In this document: positions 27,201 to 41,200 of the stretch, in pieces
Layout of the letters: every line of letters starts with the position of its first letter
Position numbering within the stretch: position 1 is the stretch's first letter
Assembly (NCBI GenBank): GCA_051362555.1
Contig: CM120640.1
Span: 39,906,788-39,970,787, forward strand
DNA length: 64,000 bases
Reading direction: 5' to 3'
Origin: Lingula anatina
Lineage: Eukaryota > Animalia > Brachiopoda
The notes under the pieces: generated by a model
Databases searched by the model: none
What the model saw: the letters and a program-made list of their open reading frames with translations, nothing else
What the model was told of the DNA's origin: nothing
Translations under genes and position numbers: made by a program

Positions 27201-27280
27201 GAAGTACAGACAGGCAGTAATTAAATAGCACTTGTTTCAAGCAATAAAAGATATGGGGCAAGCTATGGCATATAAAACAG

Positions 27281-27284
<4 letters not shown>

Positions 27285-27314
<30 letters not shown>
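27285..27314. repeat. (CT)n microsatellite
   Basis: About 15 CT units. Confidence 0.9.
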
Positions 27315-27319
<5 letters not shown>

Positions 27320-27876
27320 ACACACGCGCGCGTGCACGCAACCACCAACACAACATTCTCTTTCTCACACAACTGCTGCACCACTTAATCAACCAAGTAA
27401 TTAGCCCATGTTATTGCTTAACCTTTTGTCTTTTTTGCAACATTCTCACAACGCACCATCATAAGTACCTTCAAAAATAATTCGGTATGACACCTGCTTT
27501 CTCCTCACCTTAGAGAAACTATCGTGCTACGAGCTAGTTTGCCAATTTACACTATAATCATGGATGCAATTTACCGGTTTTCATAAGGCAATGAAAACTA
27601 TGCTAGTGAGACTTTGGTATTCACCAAATAGCTTTCACCTAAAGCCTGTATTCATAATAAGTGGTACGATAACAGATGATATATGTAGTAATAGCTAAAT
27701 GATCTAGAATTAACCCTCCATATCCTGTTTCCATGGACGAAAAGTTACAGCTAAAAGATGCATGCTCTAATTCGACGCGTGGCAAAGTTTAAAGACTGAG
27801 AAATATTACCTTTCAAATATCTTTCAAAAAGTTTCATGCGTTTAACACCACCTTAGACGCGTTCTCGGGCGCTTAC

Positions 27877-27995
27877 CTTTTTACGTGATAAATCCAAAAA
27901 GCTGTGTGTTACAATAAGAAACACTTCTTTTCTATATTCAGCCTGGCTAGTTTTTCACCGAATCCGTCTGTAAAAGTGCCTTTGACGTTAAAGAA
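27877..27995 (-). other. Candidate non-coding first exon of sHSP-2 (implies a ~7.9-kb 5'UTR intron, 19992-27876)
   Basis: Ends in AAAAAG|GTAAGC, the same donor context as sHSP-1 exon 1, and lies just downstream of an HSE/MEF2/E-box cluster. The 5' boundary is approximate. Confidence 0.5.
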
Positions 27996-27996
27996 T

Positions 27997-28107
27997 CAGC
28001 TGGCTAAATTCGCCTCAGCTAAAAATACACTCCGGTCTGGTATGCACTTCACCAGCTGTGATGGTTAAATACCCGATTTGTGCTCCAAGAACGGAAAGTT
28101 CTAGACC
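27997..28107 (-). promoter_or_regulatory. Candidate sHSP-2 promoter: two CAGCTG E-boxes, a MEF2-like site and an HSE
   Basis: CAGCTG at 27997-28002 and 28053-28058; CTAAAAATAC at 28019-28028 (one mismatch to MEF2); gGAAagTTCtaGAcc at 28093-28107 (3-unit HSE, one mismatch). Confidence 0.5.
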
Positions 28108-28146
28108 TCGGTTTAGTTCTCTCACCTCCCAGTGTAGGTGCTGTGA

Positions 28147-28806
28147 TTAATGATTTATATTTGTCTCTTGTGTTAATTCAGCTAGCAAGTCGACAGGTAG
28201 GGGCTCTCGCTGTGACCCTCGCGCTGCGGTTGCGACCTGACATGCACGATGAATCACGCGACTGAAATAGAACATGTATTGGGCACCGGAAGGGAGAAAC
28301 GCGTTCAACTCCAGTTCGCCGCTTTATCTTTGGTGAGAAAATACAATGAAACTTGCCGAAATACTTTCGGTGGTAAATTTTACGTCACAGGTGGAGTTTT
28401 CCGCAAAAGGCAAACGCTGTTCATTACGTATTCGCCTTTGGAAAATATTAACTATAACAAAGGTTTTAATTGGCCATGCATCGTAAAATGTAAACACGAA
28501 CAAAGGTTTTAACAGTTCGTGTAGCAAGACAATTTGTTTGGCGAGTGAGGTAGGGTACAAACTGCAGCTACATAAACAAAATTGCACCGATGAAATAAAT
28601 GCCAGCTTCTTTTTATATCACACGGGGTTACTAACTTACATGTAACTCAGACCCTTGTTGACGCGCGTCAGTTCAAGGGGCTGATCCATCCCGTCTACAT
28701 GCAGGATACCTTGCATACCTTTGTAGGTACGTCGTTCTTTTCGCGACGCTTCAAATATTTTGGCCATATCGGGAAGAGTGTAAACATCGGGCGTATTAAA
28801 AGACAT
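28147..28806 (-). CDS. Possible small two-exon orphan gene (93 aa) or alternative upstream coding exon
   Basis: ATCATG start at 28806, open frame to a strong donor AT|GTAAGT at 28640/28639. A phase-compatible acceptor tatttcag at 28262 continues the frame to TAA at 28149-28147. No recognisable domain. Confidence 0.3.
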
Positions 28807-31800
28807 GATGTAACTGATGAAAATGTTTTTGAAATGTATGCCCGTTGTCCTCAGATAGAAGGGATTGACAGTCGGAAACGTTTGTTTTGAACACACACCC
28901 ACGAGCTTCGAAAGAAACTGGTGTCCGGATTTGCAGTGTAATTAGCTATGGAACTTCCGACCTCCCACACCATCGTATATGTATACAATATATGCGTCAC
29001 CAGTTATTAAAAAGATATCTGTTGAGTTTGACAGGCGAGGTATGGGACAAATAGTCAACGAAAAATAGAAAATAAAAATAAAAATTATACTCAAAATAAA
29101 AAGTCAGAATAGCCTAAAATGTACAAAATTGTATTCTTCTTATTCAAAAGTGTACATTTTGTAATCGTGAGGCTGAAACACATACCCAAACATTATAACA
29201 GCTATAACCACTAAGCTATGGTTTGCTTAACAAATACAAACATGTAACTTCAAAGCTTGTTGTAAAATAACATAAAACGCAGACACAAAAATTAAAATTT
29301 CAACCTTTTGCTGTGACCTATAGTGTGTTATCAGCACTTTTTTTCTATGTAAAAAGCGATGGGAATTCAAACGACAGAGCTGCACGATAAGTGGGCATTG
29401 AACTGACTAGATTAGCTTTGAGATTCAATAGGTCTGAGAAAAGTTGACCTTTTTTGTTCAAAATATTACATAATAGTACACGGTGCCATGAAGGCAGTGC
29501 ACACTCGGTCGTCTGTGACGTATTATCGTCACGTTACAAAACTGGTACTGAAAATACTCTGAAAAGAATTCACAATGTCAGAAAAACGTCAGTGTATTAC
29601 ATTTAAGCACGTTCGTTCAAAACAATGTTCACCACTACTAGCAATACGTATAGATCTTAATTCAACATGATTACTTGGGCTCAATACCGACATACAGGCA
29701 AAAATTATGGTATGTTTATATAAATGGCATTTTGAAGAAGGAAGCTCAAACAACATTACACAAGAACAAAAGTGCCCTATCCTGCATAGTAGTAATACCA
29801 CCAGATGAACTCATCTAGGTGTGGGAGAAGCTCCTCTAGTGTCTGACAAGACAGTGCATGAAAATCGCTCAGAGGCATTCAGAAAACTTGGAAGAAAGAA
29901 TCACAAACGGAACGAAACGGCAACACACCTGGTCAATCATGGATGCGGAATGTGTGATCGGTGAGGTGCGACCAGGTGTGATTAACAAAAGATCTGGAAA
30001 TTAGTAAAGTGGTTTGGCTTGCTGCCCAGACAAGTTTTTTTATTCTTTGCCATTGTGCCCAGTCTGCTCATCCCAGTCTCAGCACTTCCCTATACAAACT
30101 GTCACCACCGGCAACAAAATATACAGCGTACAAAATAGGCCCCGAAGCACAGGGTACGGGAGGGCCCTGAACTAACGGTATGAGATAGGTCCCGAATCTC
30201 AGGGTAATTTTACCTCTTTCTGCCGTATTACTAACCTGCCCAAATACTGTGATGACATTACGCACAAAAGACTCATTTTTGAAACAACCAATAAGTATTC
30301 CAATGGGACAACAATGTTTGTAACAGGAAATTAAGCTCAAACCTTTTTCTATTGAATGCTTTGATATATATATAAATTAATCTACCTCAAGAGATCACCC
30401 CAGCATCATTAAGTGGTTTTCTAGAAAATGGAGAAACGACAAAATATTTTACTGAAGGCCCATTACTGCAAGCTCTAAATAAATGAAGCGGTCTCATGGG
30501 AGAAAGCTATTGTAACCAGCAAAATTTGCTTCACGAAGTAGTAAAGCTGGACAAGTTCTTTGTTAGACAAATAATTCTTCAAAAGAAACTAAATCTGAAA
30601 GATTTAACTTAAGGAGCAACAGTTGCCTCCACTCCCTCAAATATAGAACTCACACATTCATTTTTTTTAAAAATATGGTGACAGCCAATTTTCATCTTTC
30701 ATACAAGTTCTGTGCAACAAGCCTCAGGTGAACAAGACAATCCCGTCGCCTTCCAGTGTAGGTCATTAGACACCAGACTTACTGCAAACACTGACATTTA
30801 AGACCCCCTCCAGGGACAGGACAGTTTACAAGGCAACTCGAGGTTATATCTGTGAGTTACTTTTCCTAATTGTGACCTATAGGCCTGAGACAAAATCGCC
30901 AAAACGACTGGAAGGCTGTATATCAAAAGATGTCGTTGCCCTTGATCCAGACACAGCCATGACTGTCAAAAAACCCTGCCCTAGGACACTTCTTGGATTA
31001 ACATGACAGATGACGGACATTAAAATTCAAAATCAGCCATCCAGTTGTACTAAGTACTTCCTATTTTCCTATAAGCCTTCTATACCAGTCTCAATTGATG
31101 GGTCAAGAATTGGCCAGCTGAGAAATGATCCATTTGAATGCCTTTAGCACTTCGTAATTTGCACCTGATGTTGAGGTAAATTAACTAGCATATATCAATC
31201 TATGGACAGAATTTTAGCACTATATGTGTTAAAAATAAAAAAAAACAGTTATAACATTTCATATTATTTTACACTGCTTTGTCTAAAATTAAACTGTTCT
31301 TACAGTGTATCTAAATTCATCAACCAGTGAAACATCTTTCAAATGCAAACACAAACATGTCCGCTCCTAGATCGTACCAGAGTTGCCCAATTGTCCCAGT
31401 GTAAACATGACATATGCATAATTCCAGGATTCCAGCAAGGTAGGCAGCATGTTTAGTATACCATTTCCTGGAATACCAACCATACCACGTCAACATACAT
31501 CACTTATAACATGAATGGATCAAACATGATCAAATACAGCATCACTCCTTACATATAGCAGCTAATGCATATAAACTCATCTTCAAACAAATGTCAGCCT
31601 TAAAGTGGCTCTGAGAAGCTAATCTTTGCCATTTCACCCCGAGTCAGATTTTCCAAGAATAAACTCATGTTAAATCTGATTTATGAAGGACATTTTTGTA
31701 AGAAGTTTTCTTAAAGCTCTTCTCAGAATAAGTTGTATGTATTCATCATACTTTCAAACTTTACAGCTTTTGCATGCTGTAAGTATTCAGAAACTATTTT

Positions 31801-32291
31801 CCACACATAGGTTTATGTATTAATATGCATTTTTTCTTAAAAATACAATAAACATATTTATGAATTCAGCAGAGTATAATGAAGTACATAAAGTAAACTC
31901 TACCTACTGAATGCAGTTTGATTACTTATCCTTAAAAAACATACTTTTACTTGTCTAGCAAATTTTGATTGTCTTGAAACCTCACCTGAAATCTTTGAAT
32001 GATGATAATTTGGCACTTAAAATATACCTATGACTATGATAAAAACTTTTTGTACTGAAACAAAATTAATAAAGCAGGAAAAATCTTCAGAATTTATCAA
32101 CATACACGTCAGGTATACCATAATTGGTTAAAATGTACTATGGCTATATATCATCTTAATTGATATACAATATGGAAAAGACAGCTTGACCAGCAAGTTT
32201 TTTTTCTCTTCATAAAAAAATTAGCGCATGAATAAATCCATATATTTGAATTTATAAGTCTCTTAAGGCCACTTTTAGGGACAAAGAAGGA

Positions 32292-35200
32292 CTAACACTG
32301 TGAATTCCCCTCATGTCTGGAGTTATTGAATGCAACTTGCGGATCAGAATCCAGACGTCTTTTCCTCCTTGTTGAACTGTCAGTATACGTCAGTCCTTCC
32401 TCACTACAATATGGCGGAGGAGGGCAATCAGTCTCTGTTTTAGCTAAGTTCGGCAGGCTGTGTTTATGCTGCCCTTGCGTTGAAGATGGTGCAGAGGCAC
32501 TTGGCTCTTTGTTGGGGGACTCCCCCAGTGGCACATACTTTAAGTTAGGAGTGGAACGCTTAAAGGATTCAGATTCTCCACTCCCTGTTAAGTCTCTGTC
32601 CATGAGGTCATTGAGTGACCTCGGGGCATCACTCAGACTCTTCCCCAGGAGTTTCTTTGGTTGTGGACGTGGGGAGCTTTGTGAATTATTATTATTGTTA
32701 ATAATTAAGTGTCTCCCTTGTGCCTCTTCCTCATTAGGAATCAAGGGTTTGCCCTCATATTCACTGAAAGGTCTTTCCTCTCTTAATCTGTGTTTGAGAT
32801 CTTCATCATCACTTGAGTCCGAGTCCGGATAGTCACCTTTGTCTGTTGAAGCATTAGAAAGCCTGTCTTGATCTACTCTGTGACCATTTGGATCCACTTG
32901 GCTACGCTCCTGACACCTAGGGTAATGTAGACACGTGGGCTGCATGTATGGGTTCTCTGTATAATGGCCATTTCTATCTTCTCTCATGTGATTGTGACAA
33001 TAATCTGTGACCTGTTCAGAGTCCACCACTGATGCATCAACCATGGAGAGATCTCCATTAATTCCTCCATAGCTGTCCTCTATGAGCACCTCAGGAATAG
33101 GCGTGATGCCATTCACAATGTGGAGTTGTCCCACGAGATCTGAAATAAGCATATAAGTTACATATTAATATATCAAAATAAAGACTCATTTACACTCTTT
33201 TTAAAACATTTTCAAATAATAAAGGTCCCTTGTTAAAGAGGATTTATATTTATCTTTTTGGTACAAGTGTTTCAATAATGATAGTTCTAAAAAATATTAT
33301 TAAAAAAAAATTAACATGTACACACACAAAAAAATGCAACACAGCACAATCCACGGTTAGTGGTAGAGCAGCCAAGAGATACCAAAAGATGAAAACTTAT
33401 TCACTTTTACAAATTTCTCCTAGCCTTTTGTATATGTGAGCAATACAGGGAGAGGGGAACATGGGATATCTGTCTGAACAACCTACATACACTATTTTAC
33501 CCTACTAAGACTTACTCTTATTAGTGTTAGACTTCCCTGTGGCAGAGGAACCACTGGAGCGACGTCTTTTCTTGCCTGGCCACAGCTTCTGCCAGTACTG
33601 CAAATACACAGTCAATGATATATTCATTAGCAGAGGACAGTGGAAAAAACAAAATATATTATGATTATTTTACACAAAGTTCAAATATCTCACCTACACC
33701 AATATTTTTTCTTCAAGTTTTGGCAATTTTAGTTTCTCTAAAAGATATGCACATTTTCTTATATATAGCTTACTGTTCTGAACTTAACAATCGTCTTTTT
33801 CTGATTGTTTTGGGAAATATATTCAAACAATTTTCTTTCAAATTTTGACAGTAATTATCACCTGTCTGACTCAAAAATGTTTAAAAACTTTTTTATTATA
33901 TGCTGCAGGACAGCAAGTGTGATACTTGGAAATAAATTTACCAAGAACAGCATTATTTTGTATCTATAACTGACCTTCTCAATACACTTTTTAATGCAAG
34001 AGATTTTTTAAAAATTCGACTTACATTTCCAGGCCCAGTGGAAGAGCTGGATGGTGAAGGAGAAGTGGAGATATTGTAAAGTTTCTGCTGTCCACCATAT
34101 CCCACCCTTACACAGTTTGGTAGCCATCTTGTACGTCGTGCACACTTCTTGTATTCCTTTTGAACCTGACATTAATAAAATTGAGCAATTCAAAATGTAG
34201 TAGTTTCTGTTGAGATATTGATACAATTTTCATCAATTGTAACAACCACAGTGTTACCAGTCTCAACAACCACAATCTACTTTTTCACAGCTCCAAGTGC
34301 AGACCTGTCTTCACCAACCACACATAAATATCACTGTAAGTTAGTCAGTTGTTCTGTAAGTGTTTCTAACCATTACAAAATGGATTGTATCAATGAATTA
34401 ATGCAATACAATGACAAATTTTTACCAGATTTCACAGACTGCTGCAGATCTGGACAATTCTAGATCTGCTCTCAAAGCGCATTTTCAAATCTATATATTG
34501 GTCATAAAAATCATGGTGAATGTTTTTTGAAGCAGGTATTAGATTTTAAATCCATTTTCAAAACTTTTTAAAACGAATTTGATGCCAAAGTAGTGTTTAT
34601 TTAAAGGCACATGGAGATATTTATGGTATCTGTCATAGAAGATACTATTATCAATATTATTATAATTAACAATATCATTTTAATACAATTTACCTTCTCG
34701 TTCATCAAGCAGTGGAAGATGAAGATGAAGAGTCCCTGCAGACTGTTGAGGATGGTGAACACATAAGCCATGACCACAGACTCCTCATTGATGTACAGCA
34801 TCCCAAAGGCCCAGGTCAGCCCTAACAGCACAACAAGGACTATGGAGCCTTTTATCCAATCCCTAGTAAGTAAAACATTGAATTGGCTGTACTTGGGGAG
34901 AAAATGACATCATTATGTCATTTTTTTTTTCCATTGTGATCTTTTACATTCCATGCTGGTGTAACATTTATTCTCATTAAAATCAAATCTCCCCCCAATG
35001 TGTACGCCAAATTTTAGAAATGCAGTGCTTGAATATTTGGCAATTTTTTTCTTTAAAAAAATTGGCTTGATGAACCTCAAGATGGCTAGACCACAAAGCC
35101 CTTGGTTACTAGAAAGACCATTCTGACTGTTAGGTTTCTCTTGAGCTACTATACCCATCCTTCTATTTGTGTTCTCTAATTACCTGATATTCTCCATCCT

Positions 35201-38200
35201 GGTCTTCTCCTTGTGTTTGATGGAGGTGGCTGTAGTAGCATGGCGACACATCATGTACACTGCTATACTCAGCATTACTATATTCACCTAAAAAATAAAC
35301 AGTATCTAATGATAATAACTCAATGAAAAGTTAATCCCACGCAATTAAGCATCAGGATTTAGAAAGAACAAGGCAGCAAAGCTGTCAAATGTACAGACAA
35401 AAAGCAGGAAATAACTATGCACAAAATAGGCTACTGTCAATTCTGATGCAAAAGTACATTATGTTAAACTGCAAATTCAACATCAAATTTTAATTATGCT
35501 CAACAGGTAATACCAATGTAAGTAAAACGTGTAAAAAGCATAAGGCTTCAGGCCCATGGGAGTTCAAGATCACACTTTGAAAATGTATAACTTCCGGAAA
35601 AAGAAGCCAATTAGACTACTTTTCCAACCCAGGCTGCATTTTAGTCCTGCATTTCTTTTTTGAACATTTGGCAATCATAAGTAACATGGTTTTCCCATAA
35701 TGGTCATCATGGCAGCAGCACCCATAATTGTTTTCTTCTATTCTGATGCAATATTACATATTGGTTAACAGCATAATGACCGTCAATTTTTAATAATAAA
35801 ATATACGTATCATGGATTTTCAGAAAATGTGACTAGCATGGGTCTTCAAGCATGTAGAACTTCAAAGTCACACCTTGAAAATGCCAATATGTGAAATATG
35901 CTGAAAAGTGAAAAAAAAGCATAACTTCTACAATAATGGCCCGATCATGCTGATTTTCGAACTTGACCTGCATTTTAAGAATATTCATCAGCTCTGTAAA
36001 TATAAAGCCCAAAAGTAAAACTGCCTTCCACTTATCGTGTTTACAATGAAAGTGCAAGTGCCGGTGACGGCGGTGACGGCGCTGACGGCGAAGACAGATG
36101 CAGGTGATGGCAATATGTACAGACACATTTTTGACACATCTGTACATATTTACTGTACTGTTTGAGAACAGTAAGTGACATGGTTTTTCTTAAATGGTCA
36201 CATGGGAGCAGTACCCAAAGTAGGTTTTTTCAAATTTTGATGCAATATTACATAATGTTTAACAGCATAATGACCATCAATTTTTAATAATAAAATATTA
36301 GTATCATGGATATTCAGAAAATGTGACTAGCAAAGGTCTTCAGGCCCATTGAACTTCAAAGTCACAACTTGAAAATGCCAAAATGTAAACAAGACAGCAC
36401 TGTTCTGAAATGTTTTTTTTCCCATTTTTAACAATTTTTAACATAAAACAAAATTAACAGCTTACTGCCATTTTTATATGATCAACTAAGAAAATTGATG
36501 AGATGGGAAAAATATCAATAAAGCAGTGTTAAATGTCCAATTTCTTCTATTCTGAGATTCTGAACATAGTGAATGATTGAATCTGACAAACTGCAATGAA
36601 ATGAGTTTATTTCCACTTTTGAAACTTTATTACACAATACACGATAACAAATTAACCATCATTTTTACATAATCAACTAACAATGTTATAAAGATGCAGG
36701 AAATGTCAAACAAACACTTTTAATATCTTATTAATTAAATAATGAAACTGTTAACATGCCTAAGAATTGAATCTGAGGAAATGTGTAAAAACAACATAAC
36801 TTCTAAAATAATGGCCCGATTATGCTGATTTTTTAACTCAACCTGCGTTTTAGCAGGATTGACCACTCCTGTGAGTTTAATGACAATTGGCCTATCTATT
36901 TTTCGTATATTGTGTTTACAGTGTTGCATATATGCTGAAAAGTGAAAAAAAAAGCATAACTTCTACAATAATGGCCCGATCATGCTGATTTTCGAACTTG
37001 ACCTGCGTTTTATGAATATTCATCAGCTCTGTAAATATAAAGCCAAAAAGTAAAACTGCCTTCGACTTATCGTGTTTACAATGAAAGTGCACGGCGCCGG
37101 CCCCGGCGATGACGGCGACGACAGACGCAGGTGATGGCAATATGTACAGACACATCTATATATATATATTCACTGTACTGTTTGAGAACAGTAAGTGACA
37201 TGGTTTTTCTTAAATGGTCATCATGGGAGCAGTGCCCAAAACAGGTTTTTTTTTTAATTTTGATGCAATATTACATAATGTTTAACAGCATAATGACCAT
37301 CAATTTTTAATAATAAAATATTAGTATCATGGATATTCAGAAAATGTGACTAGCAAAGGTCTTCAGGCCCATGGAACTTCAAAGTCACAACTTGAAAATG
37401 CCAAAATGTAAATAAGACAGCACTGTTCTGAAATGTTTTTTTTCCCATTTTTAACAATTTTTAACATAAAACAAAATTAACAGCTTACTGCCATTTTTAT
37501 ATGATCAACTAAGAAAATTGATGAGATGGGAAAAATATCAATAAAGCAGTGTTAAATGTCCAATTTCTTCCATTCTGAGATTCTGAACATAGTGAATGAT
37601 TGAATCTGACAAACTGCAATGATATGAGTTTATTTCCATTTTTGAAACTTTATTACACAATACACAATAACAAGTTTACCATCATTTTTACAAAATCAAC
37701 TAACAATGTTGTAAAGATGCAGGAAATGTCAAACAAAAACTTTTACGTATCTTATTAGTTTAATAATGAGACTGTTAACATGCCTAAGAATTGAATCTGA
37801 GGAAATGTGAAAAATATGCTGAAAAGTGAAAAAACAGCATAACTTCTACAATAATGGCCCGATCATGCTGATTTTCGAACTTGACCTGGGTTTTATGAAT
37901 ATTCACCAGCTCTGTAAATATAAAGCCAAAAAGTAAAACGGCCCTCCACTTATCGTGTTTACAAGGAAAGTGCACGGCATCGGCATCGGCATCGGCATCG
38001 GCATCGCCATCGGCGACGACAGACGCAGGTGATGGCAATATGTACAGACACATCTGTGTCTGTACATAAAAAGATGTCCAAAAATGCCCCTATCTTGCAC
38101 TATACAATTCCAATAATGCCAACAACTAAGATTTATGTAAGAAATGAAAATAAATAAATATTTCATTTGTTAATAATGTTTCAAGCTCAAACTGTCCTGT

Positions 38201-41200
38201 ATCATAAATGATCTAGTTTCAGAATTGAAAGTAAAAACATTACCCTTATCAAGCAACGAGCAATCCCAAACTCACCTACCAAATGTCAGAAATAACAATA
38301 AAAATAAATTAATATGTTGGAGCAATACTTACAGTGATAACTAAACACACTGGAGCCACAAAACTCCAAACAAAGTAGTTGTCTGCTCTAAGCCAGCAGC
38401 TGAAATAATATAAATATAGCTGAACAATTAAAAAAAAAAAAAAAAACCAAGATACATTTTCACATTCAGCAGTATACTTTACTAGTCTTTTAAAGTTTAC
38501 CAGCACAGGCTGGATATGTTAAGTTTACCACTTGATTTTACTGTCTTAAACCCATTCTCATAGACACCATCAGTCCATGTAGATTGATCCAACTCTGCAG
38601 GGACTCTCACTGAATGCCATCAATTTAAAAGATTAACATGTATTCTTCTGGTACATTAAACATTTCATACTACTTCAACTACTACTAATATTATTAATCG
38701 TAAAAATTTGTTCAGTTCTACTCACTAGTAATCTGTGCCGTAGCCTTTGTAGTCAACAGCAGCTGAGATGCCTACTATAACTGCAGGAATACCTAAAAAT
38801 ATTTTTTAAATATTTGATCAAATAACAGGCAATTGAATTGTCCAGTTAAATTCTTAGAATATGTAATTAAATCAATATCTTAAAGCTGAATCTCATAACC
38901 AAGTTTTATAACATTAATAGTTTAGCTTTAAAAAATTTGAAAATATTATCATGAGAATACACTATCATGGAATAAACCGGAAATATGCTGTTTCATAAAT
39001 AATGAATAATCTCAAAATTTAACATAAATAAAAAATCAAAAATATTTTCACTTTTAACTGCATTTCTTCAATAATATCCCTACAAAGATTTAACCCAACT
39101 AAGAATCAATGCCTGCAGTGAAACTCAAAAACCACTCACCATATCCTGCCAGATAAAACCAGACCAGTCTTGACTTCTTGCCTTCAAACACTTGAATGAG
39201 CATAGAGTAGAGCTGGATTCCTTCCAGACACATCCAACCAAATGCTGCCAGGAAGAAGAAATGGAGGAAGCCTGCTATAACCGAACACACAACCTGGAAG
39301 GCAGTTAATTAAAATGAGAACCGTTTTTCACCTTTAAGGCATAGAGGGTGAATACCTGGTGCAGAAATTCCACTGAAAAGTTCTGACTGGGTGTTTGAAT
39401 ACTTTTTCTGTTAATGAATGATAAGACCTTCATTTTTCAGGTTGCAAGGAGAGAGCACCGTTGAAAAGAGTTCCAGAATCTATCAAATGACAGTGTGTCC
39501 AAGAGATTGAGAATTTGGTTATTAAGAATGTACAATTATAATGACCAGCATCAGCCACATCAGTAACACTATTTTATTAGCTGATATTTTTATCACTTCT
39601 TCCTATCTAATCAAATATGGTTCACTTACTGGATGATCAGTCTGTTGTATTCCGCAAAGAAAAATGATTTCAGCAAAGAACAATGAAAACACCAAGTTCT
39701 TGTGGATGGATGTGCGTTCACTCTTAAGATTTCTGAAAATATAAAAGATCAAACAACAATAAACCTAGTATTCTTTAATCATGTAATGAACGATTTTTCT
39801 TCACTGCCTGTATGCTATTACAAAATCACATTAGTTAATATATGTGGAAATATCCAAGAATCAGACAAATTCCATTGCCACATCTTATATACAAGTATCA
39901 AACACGACAAAATATTTTTGCCTCACCCACTTGACCAACACCAAAACAAAGATCAAATCACATTCATTACTTATTATTTCTGATAATGTTATAAAAATAC
40001 CTTGCTGGTGAGTAGGGCAGACCAACACAAGAACTAATACTGAAAACTATAGATCCAGATTTGGTGTAGCTCACATGCATGCATGATGTACATGTATACT
40101 AGACACAACACATCTGGATATTTCATTCTGCTGTGGTATAAGTAAGTTTGGCATTTCTTACCTGAAGACCATGAAGGTCAACCACGTTAGAAACAGGCAG
40201 ACGATGGAAATGATGCACCCAAAATATGTGATAACTTGTAATGCCACTTCATGGTGTTCTGGAAGCTGAAAATTAGACCCGAGAATAACAATAAATACAA
40301 CTTTTCATGTAGATGTGAAATGAAGGGAGGTGAAATTATCAATGTTTAGAATCTTTTTACTTTTTCAAAAATAGTAATTAAGATGTAATAATTGAACAAT
40401 GTTGATTTCTTTTCAAAATCTATTTTGATCAAACTTTCTTTTTATTGTTAAATTGCTTTTCCTATTCACTACAAAAATCTTAACTTGCACATTTCATTTT
40501 CTTGTTTTTGCCTTTTTTTTTTTTGTTAAATTCATGTTTACTCCTATACATTACACAAAAATTTGTGTTCAACAATTATTCTTTGGATTAAATTTCTCCA
40601 TAATATCAAACAACATATCTACCTCTGTCCCTACAACATCCATGAGTACAGCAAAGTTGGTGAGGTGGTTACACTCACACTGTGTATGTGTATCATTGGA
40701 AGTCACCACACTACATCCCCTGCCAGACCAGGCACCATTCTCATCACTGAAAAATGGACAGATGAGATTTTCTTAAAGACACACACCGAGCATTTAACTT
40801 TTATATTAATTTTTCTGGTAACATCAGCACTTTCCCTTTATCCCCACTCACAAATTTACAATGCATAAACACTTTTTTGGATTTTAAGTTTTTTAGTATT
40901 TGAGTCATTTTCATGATGGAGATGGAGACTCAATTATCAAAATAAAATAGTTTTAATTGTACCTTGAAAAGTTCCAGAAGGAGCATTTTGGTTTTTCCAC
41001 ATTAGTCACCTAAAATGAAGGAGTGTCTTTAAATAGTAACCACCGAGGAAGAAGTAATTGGTTGAAATAATTTCAATGTAGGGTCATATGTCTCAACATG
41101 AACACCATGCTTCATGTTGACTGTCCTTGTTGATAACATGCTTCTCTTGAAATTAGTATCATACTCATACCATGCTCTTTCTCTTTATATCTTTTAAATT

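Noticed and set aside
32326-32832. 168-aa plus-strand ORF
   Set aside because: Antisense to the latrophilin last exon; its composition mirrors the sense codons.
35833-38166. Repeated minus-strand ORFs sharing [10 protein letters not shown]...[17 protein letters not shown]
   Set aside because: Translations of the tandem non-autonomous element. Frames differ between copies and there are no transposase or Rep/helicase motifs.
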